Shown piece after piece: positions 1-9,988 of a stretch of 53,826 nt of DNA. Source of the stretch: Mycobacteriaceae bacterium. Its GTDB lineage: Bacteria; Actinomycetota; Actinomycetes; Mycobacteriales; Mycobacteriaceae. The DNA is taken from positions 1-53,826 of the forward strand of contig JADGOX010000305.1 in assembly GCA_017882745.1 (NCBI GenBank), read 5' to 3'. Made by a program: the position numbers and the translations under genes. Every line of letters begins with the position of its first letter. Positions within the stretch are counted from its first letter, which is position 1. The notes beneath the pieces were generated by a model. The model was not told where the DNA came from. It saw nothing but the letters and a program-made list of their open reading frames with translations, and did no database searches.

Positions 1-875
1 CCGCCGCCGCCGGGGACGACACTCCCGGTTTCCGAACCACTGAGTCGGCCAAAACCGTTGTACCCCAAGGTCAGCTCGAGGATGCTGTTGTTCTGCGAGC
101 CGCCGATGAACGGACGATCCGCCGCGGGGACCAGCGATACGATGGCCAGCCACCAGCCGGCGGAGGCCACCAGCGCCACCCCGGCGGCCAGCAGTTGCAG
201 CAGCCGGCGGCCGAGCCGGACGGGACCGGCCACGAGGTAGGTGATCGACAGTGCGGGCAGCACCAGAAAGACCTGCATCTGCTTGGTCAGAAAGCCCAGA
301 CCCACGAACACGCCCGTGAGCACGAGCCAGCGAGTGCGCCCGTCCTCGACGCCCCGCATCAGCGCCCACACCGAGGCCACCATGAGCAGCGCGAGCAGCG
401 CATCCGGGTTGTTGAAGCGGAACATCAGCGCAGCCACCGGCGTGAGGGCGAGCACCAGCCCGGAGATCAGCCCGGCGGCCGGACCGAAACGACGGCGGAC
501 CACGGCGTAGAGCAGCGCCACCGTCGCCACGCCCTCCAGCGCTTGCGGAGCAAGGATGCTCCAGGAGCTCAAGCCGAAGACGCGGACCGACAATGCCATC
601 ACCCACAGGGAAGCGGGCGGCTTGTCCACCGTGATGGAGTTGGCGGCGTCGGAGGAACCGTAGAAGAATGCCTTCCAGCTGACCGAACCGGCCTGTACGG
701 CCGCGGAGTAGAAGCTGTTGGCGTACCCGGAGGCGCTGAGGCCCCAGAGGTAGAACACCGCGGTGGCCACCAGCAGCGCGACCAGTCCGCCTTGGGCCCA
801 GCGGGGGTTGGGGACCTCAGCCCTGGGCTGCTCGGGCATGGCTTCCGTGTCCTCGGTGATTACCGCGGTGGTCAT
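1..875 (-). CDS. ArnT/PMT-like (GT-C fold) membrane glycosyltransferase, 3' end beyond window
   Basis: Not in the ORF track. Manual translation from ATG 875 (overlaps the TGA of the upstream GT2 gene): MTTAVITEDTE...LWGLSASGYANSFYSAAVQAGSVSWKAFFYGSSDAANSITVDKPP...FRFNNPDALL...GFLTKQMQ; multi-TM with DKPP motif; open to the window edge. Confidence 0.88.
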   Translation of the reverse strand, partial: MTTAVITEDTEAMPEQPRAEVPNPRWAQGGLVALLVATAVFYLWGLSASGYANSFYSAAVQAGSVSWKAFFYGSSDAANSITVDKPPASLWVMALSVRVFGLSSWSILAPQALEGVATVALLYAVVRRRFGPAAGLISGLVLALTPVAALMFRFNNPDALLALLMVASVWALMRGVEDGRTRWLVLTGVFVGLGFLTKQMQVFLVLPALSITYLVAGPVRLGRRLLQLLAAGVALVASAGWWLAIVSLVPAADRPFIGGSQNNSILELTLGYNGFGRLSGSETGSVVPGGG

Positions 876-2146
876 CAGTTGGTCTCCAAAGTCGTTGAGG
901 TGAGATTGCGTCGGCCGAAAACCCACGACCGCAGCGCGACGTATCGGGTGAGTGTCGCCACCAGGTTCGCCACGACCAACACCGCCAGCTCGACCCCTTT
1001 GTCCGGGGCAGCGGACACCGCGTGCAGCACAGCGAGCGAACCACTGGTCAGCGCGAGGCCGACACCGAAGATCAGCAGACCCTGGACGTGGTGGCGGCCG
1101 GCCCCCTGCCTGCCACGCACTCCGAAGGTGAACCGCCTGTTGGCGGCCGTGTTCAGCATCGCCGTGATGAGCAACGCGAGGAAATTGGCGATCTGGGCGC
1201 CGAGTGCCGCATGCAGGGCCAGGTACAGCGCGGCGAAGGCTGCGGTGGACGCGACACCGATGACGCCGAAGCGCACCAGCTGCGCGACCATGCCGGGTGG
1301 CACTCCGGCCACGGCGGCATTGGGTGGCGTCAACGGCTGCCGCCCGAGGCTGGCCTTGATCGCCGCCAGCGGAACCGCCCCTCGCGCGAGTGCGCGCGCC
1401 ACCCTCGCCATCCCCCGGAGGTCGGCAAGGGCGGTGGCCAGCACGTCGACCCGGCTGTCGGCATCGTCGATCCAGTCGACCGGAACCTCGTGTATGCGCA
1501 GTCCGCTGCGTTCGGCGAGGATCAACAACTCGGTGTCGAAGAACCATCCGGTGTCCTCGACCAGGGGCAGCAGCGCGTGGGCGATGTCGGCGCGGATGGC
1601 CTTGAACCCACACTGGGCGTCGGTGAACCTGGTGGCCAGGGTGCCGTGCAGCAAGAGGTTGTAGCAGCGGGAGACCACCTCGCGCTTGGGCCCCCGCACC
1701 ACCCGCGACGAGCGGGTGAGCCGCGAGCCGATCGCGATGTCCGAGTGTCCCGAGATCAGCGGCGCCACCAAGGGGAGCAGGGCGGCCAGGTCGGTCGAGA
1801 GGTCGACGTCCATGTAGGCGAGAACGGGTGAGTCCGAGGCGAGCCATACGGTGCGCAGGGCACGTCCCCGGCCCTTCTCCGCGAGGTGCACCACCCGCAC
1901 CCCCGGCAGGTCCGCAGCCATTCGGTGCGCGACGAGCAGCGTGCCGTCGGTGCTGGCGTTGTCGGCGATGGTGATCCGCGCGCTGTAGGGGAGCGCTACA
2001 TCCAGGTAGGCGTGCAGCCGGCGGACGCTGCTCTCGAGATCGCCCTCCTCGTTGTGCACGGGCACCACGATGTCGAGAACAGGGATGCTCTGGTGTGGTG
2101 ACTGCGACAGGGCTGCGGGTTGAGAGTCGAGCATCGGCCGGGTCAT
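875..2146 (-). CDS. GT2 polyprenol-phosphate glycosyltransferase fused to C-terminal GtrA-like flippase domain
   Basis: IVVPVHNEE, ADNASTDGT, YMDVDLS (DxD) and DAQCGFKA motifs; C-terminal 4-TM GtrA-like QLVRFGVIGV...NRRFTF. Confidence 0.9.
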   Translation of the reverse strand: MTRPMLDSQPAALSQSPHQSIPVLDIVVPVHNEEGDLESSVRRLHAYLDVALPYSARITIADNASTDGTLLVAHRMAADLPGVRVVHLAEKGRGRALRTVWLASDSPVLAYMDVDLSTDLAALLPLVAPLISGHSDIAIGSRLTRSSRVVRGPKREVVSRCYNLLLHGTLATRFTDAQCGFKAIRADIAHALLPLVEDTGWFFDTELLILAERSGLRIHEVPVDWIDDADSRVDVLATALADLRGMARVARALARGAVPLAAIKASLGRQPLTPPNAAVAGVPPGMVAQLVRFGVIGVASTAAFAALYLALHAALGAQIANFLALLITAMLNTAANRRFTFGVRGRQGAGRHHVQGLLIFGVGLALTSGSLAVLHAVSAAPDKGVELAVLVVANLVATLTRYVALRSWVFGRRNLTSTTLETN

Positions 2147-2179
2147 GAAGCTCAGCCTGCTGGTAGCGGCTAGATCGCT

Positions 2180-2208
2180 CCTGTCACCAGGCTGTGCACT
2201 TGCTGTAC
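2180..2208 (-). promoter_or_regulatory. Three ACAG-core direct repeats at 11-bp spacing (OmpR/PhoB-family site) upstream of the GT2-ArnT operon
   Basis: Minus strand GTACAGC-N4-GCACAGC-N4-TGACAGG, followed by -10-like CAGGCT 7 nt before ATG 2146. Confidence 0.55.
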
Positions 2209-2224
2209 GTCTCGGGCGCCCCTC

Positions 2225-2602
2225 CTACGCCTGACGGGGCAGTTCGCCCAATGCGGCGATTTCTCCGCAGCCCCGCCCACAGATCCAGTGCGGGTCCGCC
2301 CCCATCGGGGGCTCCAGCTGCAGTGCCTCGTCGGGGTGTTGCGGACAGGGCGGCCAGCGCCCCTCGGTGTCCACCAACCGGTCCTGCACATCCTGAGCGA
2401 CCTGGCCCGCGAGAAATTCGATGCCTTCGGGCCAGCGCTGTACCCACCACTCACGTTCACGTACGGCCGCATCCAGCACGTCCACGATGCCATGGACGTC
2501 CGCGCCGCAGGCCACGATGTCGCGCAGCACCAGTGCACGCGCACGCAGCAAGGCCGCCGACGTGTCGTCGATCCGACTCTCGTTCTGTGACTCGTCGCTC
2601 AT
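2225..2602 (-). CDS. Hypothetical protein with C-terminal Cys/His cluster
   Basis: MSDESQNESR...WPPCPQHP...PHWICGRGCG; ATG 2602 lies 6 nt after -10-like CACGAT. Confidence 0.7.
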   Translation of the reverse strand: MSDESQNESRIDDTSAALLRARALVLRDIVACGADVHGIVDVLDAAVREREWWVQRWPEGIEFLAGQVAQDVQDRLVDTEGRWPPCPQHPDEALQLEPPMGADPHWICGRGCGEIAALGELPRQA

Positions 2603-2647
2603 TTTTCCATCGTGCCTGCTTTGCCATGATCCAATCACTGCAGGCCC

Positions 2648-2692
2648 AACCTACGGTGGCGTAACCTACGAAGGCGTAACCAACGAGGCCGC
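2648..2692 (+). promoter_or_regulatory. Tandem 15-bp repeats, each with a TACG-N4-CGTA palindrome (operator array of desA1)
   Basis: AACCTACGGTGGCGT / AACCTACGAAGGCGT / AACCAACGAGGCCGC (third degenerate); TAACCT -10 candidate at the junction of copies 1 and 2. Confidence 0.65.
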
Positions 2693-2734
2693 GGGCAGGG
2701 ACACGGGCGTCACGACACTTCAGGAGGAGAAAAC

Positions 2735-3667
2735 ATGGCCGAAGATCTGACTCAGCTCCAGCTCATGCACGAGTTGGAACCTGTAGTTGCCGAGAACCTC
2801 GACCGCCACATGGCGATAACGAAGGATTGGCACCCCCACGACTACGTCCCGTGGGACGAGGGACAGAACTTCGCCGCGATGGGTGGCAGCGACTGGTCGC
2901 CTGAGCAGTCTGAGCTGAGCGAGCCCGCCAAGGCCGCGATGGTGCTCAACCTGCTCACCGAGGACAACCTGCCGTCGTACCACCGCGAGATCGCTACCCA
3001 CTTCGGCCGGGACGGTGCCTGGGGAACCTGGGTCGGCCGGTGGACCGCCGAGGAGAACCGCCACGCCATCGTGATGCGCGACTACCTTGTGGTCACCCGC
3101 GGGGTCGACCCGGTGGCCCTGGAGAACGCGCGGATGGCGCACATGACCAACGGCTACGACTCCGGCGGAAAGTCGATGCTGCAGACCGTGGCCTACGTGT
3201 CCTTCCAGGAACTCGCCACGCGCGTCTCGCACCGCAACACCGGCAAGGCCTGCGGCGACCCGGTGGCAGACCGGATGCTTGCGCGGGTTGCCGCCGACGA
3301 GAACCTCCACATGATCTTCTATCGCAACCTGGTGAGCGGCGCCTTCGACTGCGCCCCGGACCAGACCATGCGCGCAATCACCGACGAGGTGGTGAACTTC
3401 AAGATGCCCGGCTCGGACATGGCCGACTTCCGTCGGAACTCGGTGTTGATAGCCAAGGCCGGGATCTACGACCTGCGTCAGCACCACGACGACGTGATCA
3501 TGCCGGTGCTGCGCAAGTGGAATGTCTTCGAGCGCTCCGGATTGACGGCCGTCGGCGAGGCCGCCCGCGAGGAGCTGGCGGCGGCAATGAAGGCCCTGGA
3601 CAGTGCGGCCAGCAGGTTCGAGGAGTCGCGCGACCGCGCGTTCGCCCGTCAGGCTGCCCGCGCCTGA
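2735..3667 (+). CDS. desA1: Acyl-ACP desaturase (DesA1-like)
   Basis: Di-iron motifs WTAEENRH and DENLH; LLTEDNLPSYHR; AGGAGG SD; synteny with dusB. Confidence 0.93.
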   Translation: MAEDLTQLQLMHELEPVVAENLDRHMAITKDWHPHDYVPWDEGQNFAAMGGSDWSPEQSELSEPAKAAMVLNLLTEDNLPSYHREIATHFGRDGAWGTWVGRWTAEENRHAIVMRDYLVVTRGVDPVALENARMAHMTNGYDSGGKSMLQTVAYVSFQELATRVSHRNTGKACGDPVADRMLARVAADENLHMIFYRNLVSGAFDCAPDQTMRAITDEVVNFKMPGSDMADFRRNSVLIAKAGIYDLRQHHDDVIMPVLRKWNVFERSGLTAVGEAAREELAAAMKALDSAASRFEESRDRAFARQAARA

Positions 3668-3698
3668 GGCTGCTGACCGGCTCTGCTTGGATGCAGCG

Positions 3699-4124
3699 AT
3701 GAGCCGATACACATTCACCCACACTGTTTCCGCCGAGCCCGAGCGGGTGTGGGCAGAGATCGCTGACCACGAAGGAATGGCTCGGTGGACCCCGTCGTGG
3801 CTGCCACTGCCCAAGGTGGTGATGGAGTCCGAGGGATCACCCGATCGCAATGGGGTGGGTGCAGTGCGCCAGTTGCACCTCGTGGGGGCACCCATCCGGG
3901 AGCGGATCACGCACTTCGAGCCGGCCAAACGCCTGGACTACGAGGCGCTGTCGGGCGTACCCGCCAAGAACTACACCGGTCAAATCACGCTCACACCATC
4001 CGGAACCGGTACGCGCTTCGCGTGGACCATTGACTTCACGCCGGCTTTTCCCGGAGCCCAGCTCATCCTCCGCACCGCCATCGGAACGTTCGCACGGGTG
4101 CTGGCACGGCGCTGCAACAAGTAG
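3699..4124 (+). CDS. SRPBCC/START-like (polyketide cyclase family) lipid-binding protein
   Basis: HTVSAEPERVW...GVGAVRQL...ERITHFEPAKRLDY pattern, 141 aa. Confidence 0.85.
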   Translation: MSRYTFTHTVSAEPERVWAEIADHEGMARWTPSWLPLPKVVMESEGSPDRNGVGAVRQLHLVGAPIRERITHFEPAKRLDYEALSGVPAKNYTGQITLTPSGTGTRFAWTIDFTPAFPGAQLILRTAIGTFARVLARRCNK

Positions 4125-4186
4125 ACCCAAGGTCTGTGCGCAGCGTGGCTTTGGGGACGCGGGGCCCGCACAGGCACAATGGACAG

Positions 4187-5356
4187 GTGACCGCTATCCT
4201 CGACGCCCCCGCCCCGGCGCTGCGTATCGGGCCGCTGGCCCTGCGCAGCCCAGTGGTGCTCGCTCCGATGGCCGGCATCACCAACGTTGCGTTCCGGACA
4301 CTGTGCCGCGAGCAGGAGACCCGGTACAGCGGAACCGATGCGGCCGGGCTGTACGTCTGCGAGATGGTGACCGCACGCGCGCTGGTGGAACGTCATCCGG
4401 ACACGCTGCACATGACGACCTTTGCGCCGAGCGAGCAGCCCCGCTCCCTGCAGCTCTACACAGTCGATCCCGCCACCACCGCTGACGCCGTGCGGATGAT
4501 CGCCGAGGAGGACCTGGCGGATCACATCGACATGAACTTCGGCTGCCCGGTCCCCAAGGTCACCCGCAAGGGCGGTGGCGCGGCGCTGCCCTATAAGCGT
4601 CAGTTGTTTGCCCAGATCGTGCGCGCGGCGGTCCGGGCCGCGGAGCCGGCAGGCATCCCCGTCACCGTGAAGTTCCGGATTGGGATCGACGAGGAGCATC
4701 ACACCCATCTTGACGCCGGCCGCATCGCAGCAGCGGAGGGCGCGGTCGCTGTCGCCCTGCACGCCCGGACCGCGGCACAGCGGTACTCCGGTACCGCACG
4801 CTGGGACGAGATCAGCCGTCTGAAAGACCACGTGTCCGGCATACCCGTGCTGGGTAACGGCGACATCTTCGACGCGCAGGACGCTGTGGCCATGATGGCG
4901 CAGACCGGCTGCGACGGTGTGGTGGTCGGCCGGGGCTGCCTGGGGCGGCCGTGGCTTTTTGCCGAGCTCGCCGCCGCCCTCACCGGTTCGCCCGCGCCCA
5001 CCCCGCCGACGCTCGGCGAGGTGGCCACGGTGCTCCGACGCCACGCCCATCTGCTTGCCGCCCACCATGGCCCCGACCGCGGCCTGCGCGACCTCCGCAA
5101 GCACATGGCGTGGTATCTCCGCGGGTTCCCCGTCGGCTCCGAGCTGCGCCAGCAACTTGCACTCGTCTCGCACCTCAACGAGCTCGATCGACTGCTCGAC
5201 CAGCTCGATCAGGACGTGCCGTTCCCCGCAGACGCCGAGGGCCCACGAGGACGGCAGGGCTCCCCCGGCAAGGTCGCACTTCCCGCGGGGTGGCTGGATG
5301 ACCCCGACGACATCACCGTGCCCCAGGGTGCGGAGATCAACAACTCAGGGGGTTGA
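4187..5356 (+). CDS. dusB: tRNA-dihydrouridine synthase B
   Basis: LAPMAGITN, IDMNFGCPVPKV, HARTAAQRYSG, GNGDI motifs; GTG 4187 is 6 nt after CACAAT. Confidence 0.93.
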   Translation: MTAILDAPAPALRIGPLALRSPVVLAPMAGITNVAFRTLCREQETRYSGTDAAGLYVCEMVTARALVERHPDTLHMTTFAPSEQPRSLQLYTVDPATTADAVRMIAEEDLADHIDMNFGCPVPKVTRKGGGAALPYKRQLFAQIVRAAVRAAEPAGIPVTVKFRIGIDEEHHTHLDAGRIAAAEGAVAVALHARTAAQRYSGTARWDEISRLKDHVSGIPVLGNGDIFDAQDAVAMMAQTGCDGVVVGRGCLGRPWLFAELAAALTGSPAPTPPTLGEVATVLRRHAHLLAAHHGPDRGLRDLRKHMAWYLRGFPVGSELRQQLALVSHLNELDRLLDQLDQDVPFPADAEGPRGRQGSPGKVALPAGWLDDPDDITVPQGAEINNSGG

Positions 5357-5491
5357 CCGGAGCCAACTGGTATCTCGCACGCAAGAAATCCGTACGATGA
5401 ATGCTCGCGCCCCCCACCGGTGGCGCACCGCTGGCAGGCGCCCGACCACACGTCAGGTCGACAGGAAACTGCCCGGACGAGGAGGGACCGG

Positions 5492-7525
5492 TTGAGCGAC
5501 ATCGAATCACCGGGCACTCCTGACCCCGGCGGCCCTGGTCAGGACCCGCCAGATGCGCCAGCACCTTGGGAACGGCCATGGGCGGCGACCACCAGGCCCC
5601 CGAGGCCGACCCCACGACCGCGCCCTGCCGAAGCGGTAGCCGATCGCCCTTCAGCAATGAGCCCCGCCCCCCAAGACAGCGCCGCGCTGAGCGTCGCCGA
5701 GCTCCTGAACAGGGTCGGCGGCGCTGCACCCAGCGGGCGCCGGCGCCGACGGCGCGCTGAAGATGATGAAGGCCGTGATGACGGCACGGTTGATGACCAC
5801 TCCTTCGGCGCGCCCGCCCCGCCCCCTCACGTGGACACGACGCTCCTGTCCCGTGCACCCGAGCCCTACCTCCCGTTGGGCTCGACGGAGCCGAGGCCGG
5901 CCCGGATTCGGACCGAGCGTCCACAGTCGCTTCGTCCCGAGCTGCCGAACCCGCGGCGTGCTGAACCTCCGGCACCAGGAGACCCCGTCACGGCCCTGTC
6001 GCTGCCTACAGAACCCGTCACCATCGACCCGACGGTTCCGACGCGACTGCAGGCCAAGCGGGCCCGCCGGCGCCGACGCAGCACCGTACTGCGCCGCTCG
6101 GTCGGCGCGCTCTCTGCCGTACTGATCTTCCTCGTCACCGGCGCAGCGTGGAGCGCCACCAAGTATGTCGATGTCAACGTCAACAAAGTGGATGCGCTCG
6201 ACCAGGGTTCGGCCAACGTCCAGAACCCCGAAGCACAGCGGGGCGACGAGAACTACCTGCTGGTCGGCTCCGACTCGCGAGCAGGGTCCAACGGCGAGAT
6301 CGGTGCCGGCACCACTGCGCAAGCCGGTGGGGCCCGTTCAGACACCGTGATGCTGGCGCACGTGCCGGCCGACCGGGGGCGCGTTGTGGTGGTGTCCTTC
6401 CCCCGCGACCTCGAGATTGATCGTCCGGCCTGCGCCGAGTGGAACAACGCCGAAGCCAAGTACACCGACACCAGCGTCCCCGCAGAGACCAGGTCCAAGC
6501 TCAACGGCGCATACGCCTTGGGTGGGCCCAAGTGCCTGGTCCAGGTGATCCAGCACATCTCCGGGCTGAAGATCAACCACTTCGTCGGTGTCGACTTCTC
6601 CGGGTTCGAGGCGCTGGTCAACCAGGTAGGCGGCGTCGAGGTGTGCACCAAGCGCCCGCTGGTCGACAACGAGCTGGGCACCGTTCTCCGCAAGACCGGC
6701 ACCCAGCTGATCGACGGCAGTACCGCACTCAATTACGTGCGCGCCCGAAAGGTCGATGCCGAGGGGACGGGCGACTACGGTCGGATCAAGCGTCAGCAGC
6801 GTTTCTTGTCGTCCTTGCTGCGCAAGTCGATGTCCACCGACGTGTTGCTCAACTTCGGCAAGCTGACCGGTTTCATCAAGGGATTCACCGCAGCCACCTT
6901 CGGGGAGAACATGGGCGCGGACTCCTTGATCACCCTCGGGCAGTCCCTGCAGGGGCTCTCGGCGGGCCGGGTCACCTTCATCACCGTGCCCACCACCGGA
7001 ACCCGCGACGGCAACGAAGTACCCAACACCCATGGAATCACCGCCATCTTCGACGCCATCATCAACGACGTGCCGCTTCCCGGGGAGCAAGGGCCCGGCT
7101 CCCCGGCCAGCACCTCGGCCACGCCACCACCCACCACCTCGACACCTGCGCCCAAGCCGGACATCTCCGCGAAGATCGACGTACTCAACGCGACCAGCAC
7201 GACTGGACTCGCCGCGGCAACCGCCAAGCAGCTCAGCGACCTCGGCTACACGGTGGACGGAGTGTCGAGTTCCACCACAAACCGCACCACCACCACCATC
7301 CGCTACTCGGTGGATCAGGTTGATGCCGCCAAGCAGCTGGAGTCGTCAGTACCCGGCGCGCAGCTGCAGGAGGTGACCGGCCTGGGTACCAGCATCGAAC
7401 TCGTGCTCGGCGAGGACTTCAGCGGCACCGTGACGGCTCCGAGCACTGAGGCAGCCCCCGCGACCAGCACCCCCTTGCCCACAAACCTGTCCGTGGTGAA
7501 CGCCGGCGACGCCAGCTGCGGCTGA
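5492..7525 (+). CDS. LCP (LytR-CpsA-Psr) family cell-wall ligase with LytR_C domain (Rv0822c-like)
   Basis: [39 protein letters not shown]; C-terminal VLNAT..GLA LytR_C domain; long Pro/Arg-rich N-terminus and one TM; TTG 5492 follows AGGAGG. Confidence 0.9.
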   Translation: MSDIESPGTPDPGGPGQDPPDAPAPWERPWAATTRPPRPTPRPRPAEAVADRPSAMSPAPQDSAALSVAELLNRVGGAAPSGRRRRRRAEDDEGRDDGTVDDHSFGAPAPPPHVDTTLLSRAPEPYLPLGSTEPRPARIRTERPQSLRPELPNPRRAEPPAPGDPVTALSLPTEPVTIDPTVPTRLQAKRARRRRRSTVLRRSVGALSAVLIFLVTGAAWSATKYVDVNVNKVDALDQGSANVQNPEAQRGDENYLLVGSDSRAGSNGEIGAGTTAQAGGARSDTVMLAHVPADRGRVVVVSFPRDLEIDRPACAEWNNAEAKYTDTSVPAETRSKLNGAYALGGPKCLVQVIQHISGLKINHFVGVDFSGFEALVNQVGGVEVCTKRPLVDNELGTVLRKTGTQLIDGSTALNYVRARKVDAEGTGDYGRIKRQQRFLSSLLRKSMSTDVLLNFGKLTGFIKGFTAATFGENMGADSLITLGQSLQGLSAGRVTFITVPTTGTRDGNEVPNTHGITAIFDAIINDVPLPGEQGPGSPASTSATPPPTTSTPAPKPDISAKIDVLNATSTTGLAAATAKQLSDLGYTVDGVSSSTTNRTTTTIRYSVDQVDAAKQLESSVPGAQLQEVTGLGTSIELVLGEDFSGTVTAPSTEAAPATSTPLPTNLSVVNAGDASCG

Positions 7526-7549
7526 CCGTCACCGCCCCATCTGTCCGTC

Positions 7550-7567
7550 GTTTACGCGGCGTTCACC
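7550..7567 (+). promoter_or_regulatory. PHO-box-like direct repeats upstream of phoU
   Basis: GTTTACG-N4-GTTCACC, 11-bp period; -10 TATTCT 6 nt before ATG 7611. Confidence 0.65.
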
Positions 7568-7610
7568 CGTATTGCCACCGGTTTTCGCGAGAAGGCCGTA
7601 TTCTGCAGAG

Positions 7611-8285
7611 ATGCGCGTCGCCTATACAGAACAGCTCAGTGACCTTGCTGGCGAACTCGCCGCCATGTGCGGTCTCGCCGAACTCGCCATGCAACGGGCC
7701 ACGCAGGCCTTGCTCGAGGCCGATCTCCCCCTCGCGGAGCAGGTGATCAGCGACGACGACCACATCGACGAGCTGGCCGTCGCCTGCGAGGACAAGGCCT
7801 TCGCGCTTCTCGCCCTGCAGGCCCCGGTCGCGGGGGACCTACGCACGGTCGTCGGTGCCATCCACATCGTCGCCGACATCGACCGGATGGGTGAACTCGC
7901 CCTGCACGTCGCGAAGATCGCCCGGCGGCGGCATCCCGAACGGGTGCTCCCTGACGAGGTACGGGGCTACTTCACCGAGATGGGCCACGTCGCAGTCTCC
8001 CTCGCCGCTTCCGCCCGCGAAGTGCTGGTCACTCGGGATCTCGACCGCGCGGCCCTGATCGAGGACGAGGACGACGCGATGGACGACCTGCACAAGCACC
8101 TGTTCACCGTGATCATGGACAACGGATGGCCGCACGGTGTCGCCGCGGCAGTGGACGTCACCCTGCTCGGCCGCTTCTACGAGCGCTTCGCGGACCACGC
8201 CGTCGAGGTTGCCCGCCAGGTGATCTTCTTGGTGACCGGCAAGCACCCCGAACCTCCGACCCCCAAACTCACCGGGACGGGATAG
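7611..8285 (+). CDS. phoU: Phosphate signalling protein PhoU (PhoY2-like)
   Basis: [31 protein letters not shown]; adjacent to pst operon. Confidence 0.93.
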   Translation: MRVAYTEQLSDLAGELAAMCGLAELAMQRATQALLEADLPLAEQVISDDDHIDELAVACEDKAFALLALQAPVAGDLRTVVGAIHIVADIDRMGELALHVAKIARRRHPERVLPDEVRGYFTEMGHVAVSLAASAREVLVTRDLDRAALIEDEDDAMDDLHKHLFTVIMDNGWPHGVAAAVDVTLLGRFYERFADHAVEVARQVIFLVTGKHPEPPTPKLTGTG

Positions 8286-8290
8286 GCCGA

Positions 8291-9067
8291 CTAGCCGAAA
8301 CGCCCGGAGATGTAGTCCTCCGTCGCCTTCTCCACCGGGTTGGAGAAGATCACCTCGGTGTCGGCAACCTCGATCAGGTGCCCGGGCTGGCCCACGTCCG
8401 CCAAGTTGAAGAATGCCGTCTGGTCACTCACTCGGGCCGCCTGCTGCATGTTGTGCGTGACGATCACGATGGTGAAATCCTGCTTGAGTTCGGTGATCAG
8501 GTCCTCGATGGCCAAGGTGGAGATGGGGTCAAGCGCCGAGCACGGCTCGTCCATGAGCAGCACGTCCGGCTGTACGGCGATAGCCCGGGCGATGCACAGT
8601 CGCTGCTGCTGGCCACCCGAAAGGCCCCCACCGGGCTTGTCGAGCCGGTCCTTGACCTCTTTCCAGAGGTTCGCATCCCGCAGTGCCCGCTCAGCCACCT
8701 CGTCCAGCTTCTTCTTGCCCTTCACGCCCTGAAGCCGCAAGCCCGCCACCACGTTGTCCCGGATGTTCATCGTCGGGAACGGGTTGGGGCGCTGAAACAC
8801 CATGCCGATGGTCCGGCGAACGGCTACCGGGTCGACGGTGCTGCCGTAGATGTCCTCCCCGTCGAGCATCACACTGCCCTCGACCCGGGCCCCGGGGATC
8901 ACCTCATGCATCCGGTTGAGGGTCCGCAGTACCGTCGACTTGCCGCAGCCCGAGGGCCCGATGAACGCCGTGACACTCCGAGGCGGCACAGCGAGATTGA
9001 CCGACTCGACGGCATGGAACTTGCCGTAGTAGATGTTGACGTCCTTGAGATCAAGACGCTTCGCCAT
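8291..9067 (-). CDS. pstB: Phosphate ABC transporter ATPase
   Basis: [36 protein letters not shown]-terminal YISGRFG. Confidence 0.96.
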   Translation of the reverse strand: MAKRLDLKDVNIYYGKFHAVESVNLAVPPRSVTAFIGPSGCGKSTVLRTLNRMHEVIPGARVEGSVMLDGEDIYGSTVDPVAVRRTIGMVFQRPNPFPTMNIRDNVVAGLRLQGVKGKKKLDEVAERALRDANLWKEVKDRLDKPGGGLSGGQQQRLCIARAIAVQPDVLLMDEPCSALDPISTLAIEDLITELKQDFTIVIVTHNMQQAARVSDQTAFFNLADVGQPGHLIEVADTEVIFSNPVEKATEDYISGRFG

Positions 9068-9082
9068 GTCGCACCTACCGCT

Positions 9083-9988
9083 TCACTTGGTCTTGGGGGC
9101 GGCCACACGTGCAACGACTGCAGCCAGCATGTTCAGGAGTCCGATCAACAGGATCAGCGTAAGCGCAGCACCCCACACCCGCAGCTGTCCCGCAGGCTCG
9201 GGGTTGGTCAGCTCGTTGTAGATGACCAACGGCAAGGACGCCATGTTGTTGTGGAACACGTCGGTGTTGATGGACGTGGTGTAGCCGACCAGTACCAGCA
9301 CCGGCGCCGTCTCCCCCATCACTCGGGCGACGGCCAGCAGGATCCCACTGATGATCCCGGAAACCGCACACGGCAGGACCACACGCAGGATCGTCGTCGA
9401 CCGCGACACGCCGAGCGCGTAGCTGGCCTCCCGCAGTTCGTCGGGAACCAGGCGCAGCATCTCCTCGGCAGAGCGGATCACCACAGGCAACATCAGCAGG
9501 ATCAGCGCCAGCGACACCGCGAAGGCACTCTGCTCAAATCCGAAGGTGGTGATCCACACGCTGAACACGAACAGCGCGGCGACGATGGATGGAATGCCGG
9601 AGAGCACGTCAACCATGAAGGTGGTGATCCTGGCCAGCAGGCCTCGGCCGTACTCCACCAGGTAGATGGCCACCAGAATCCCCAGCGGCACAGCCACCAC
9701 GGAGGCAATCAGCCCCTGCACGATTGTCCCGTACAGGGCGTGGTAAATGCCCCCACCGAAGTCCTCCGGGAGGACGCCCCTCTGCGAGTTCGTCCACCAG
9801 CCGGCGTTGGTCACTGCCCGGAAGCCGCGGTCCACGACCGTGTACAGCACCCACACCAGCGGGATGACGGCGATGACGAAGGCCGCAGTGACGAGAAGGG
9901 CGGCGAAGGCGTTCTTTGCCTTCCGGCCGCCGCTGATCGAGGTGAACGCTGGGGCCACCAACGGTTTCTCCAGCGAGGACGGACTCAT
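9083..9988 (-). CDS. pstA: Phosphate ABC transporter permease
   Basis: [26 protein letters not shown]; ATG 9988 overlaps the pstC stop. Confidence 0.93.
   Translation of the reverse strand: MSPSSLEKPLVAPAFTSISGGRKAKNAFAALLVTAAFVIAVIPLVWVLYTVVDRGFRAVTNAGWWTNSQRGVLPEDFGGGIYHALYGTIVQGLIASVVAVPLGILVAIYLVEYGRGLLARITTFMVDVLSGIPSIVAALFVFSVWITTFGFEQSAFAVSLALILLMLPVVIRSAEEMLRLVPDELREASYALGVSRSTTILRVVLPCAVSGIISGILLAVARVMGETAPVLVLVGYTTSINTDVFHNNMASLPLVIYNELTNPEPAGQLRVWGAALTLILLIGLLNMLAAVVARVAAPKTK

Noticed and set aside
195-1664. 489-aa + strand ORF
   Set aside because: Antisense to the ArnT-like and GT2-GtrA genes
2648-2692. Tandem repeats as a possible mini-CRISPR
   Set aside because: 15-bp units with no spacers and no cas genes; an operator array fits better
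5492-6080. Pro/Arg-rich low-complexity stretch with several overlapping short ORFs
   Set aside because: Typical disordered cytoplasmic N-terminus of actinobacterial LCP proteins; no separate gene is supported
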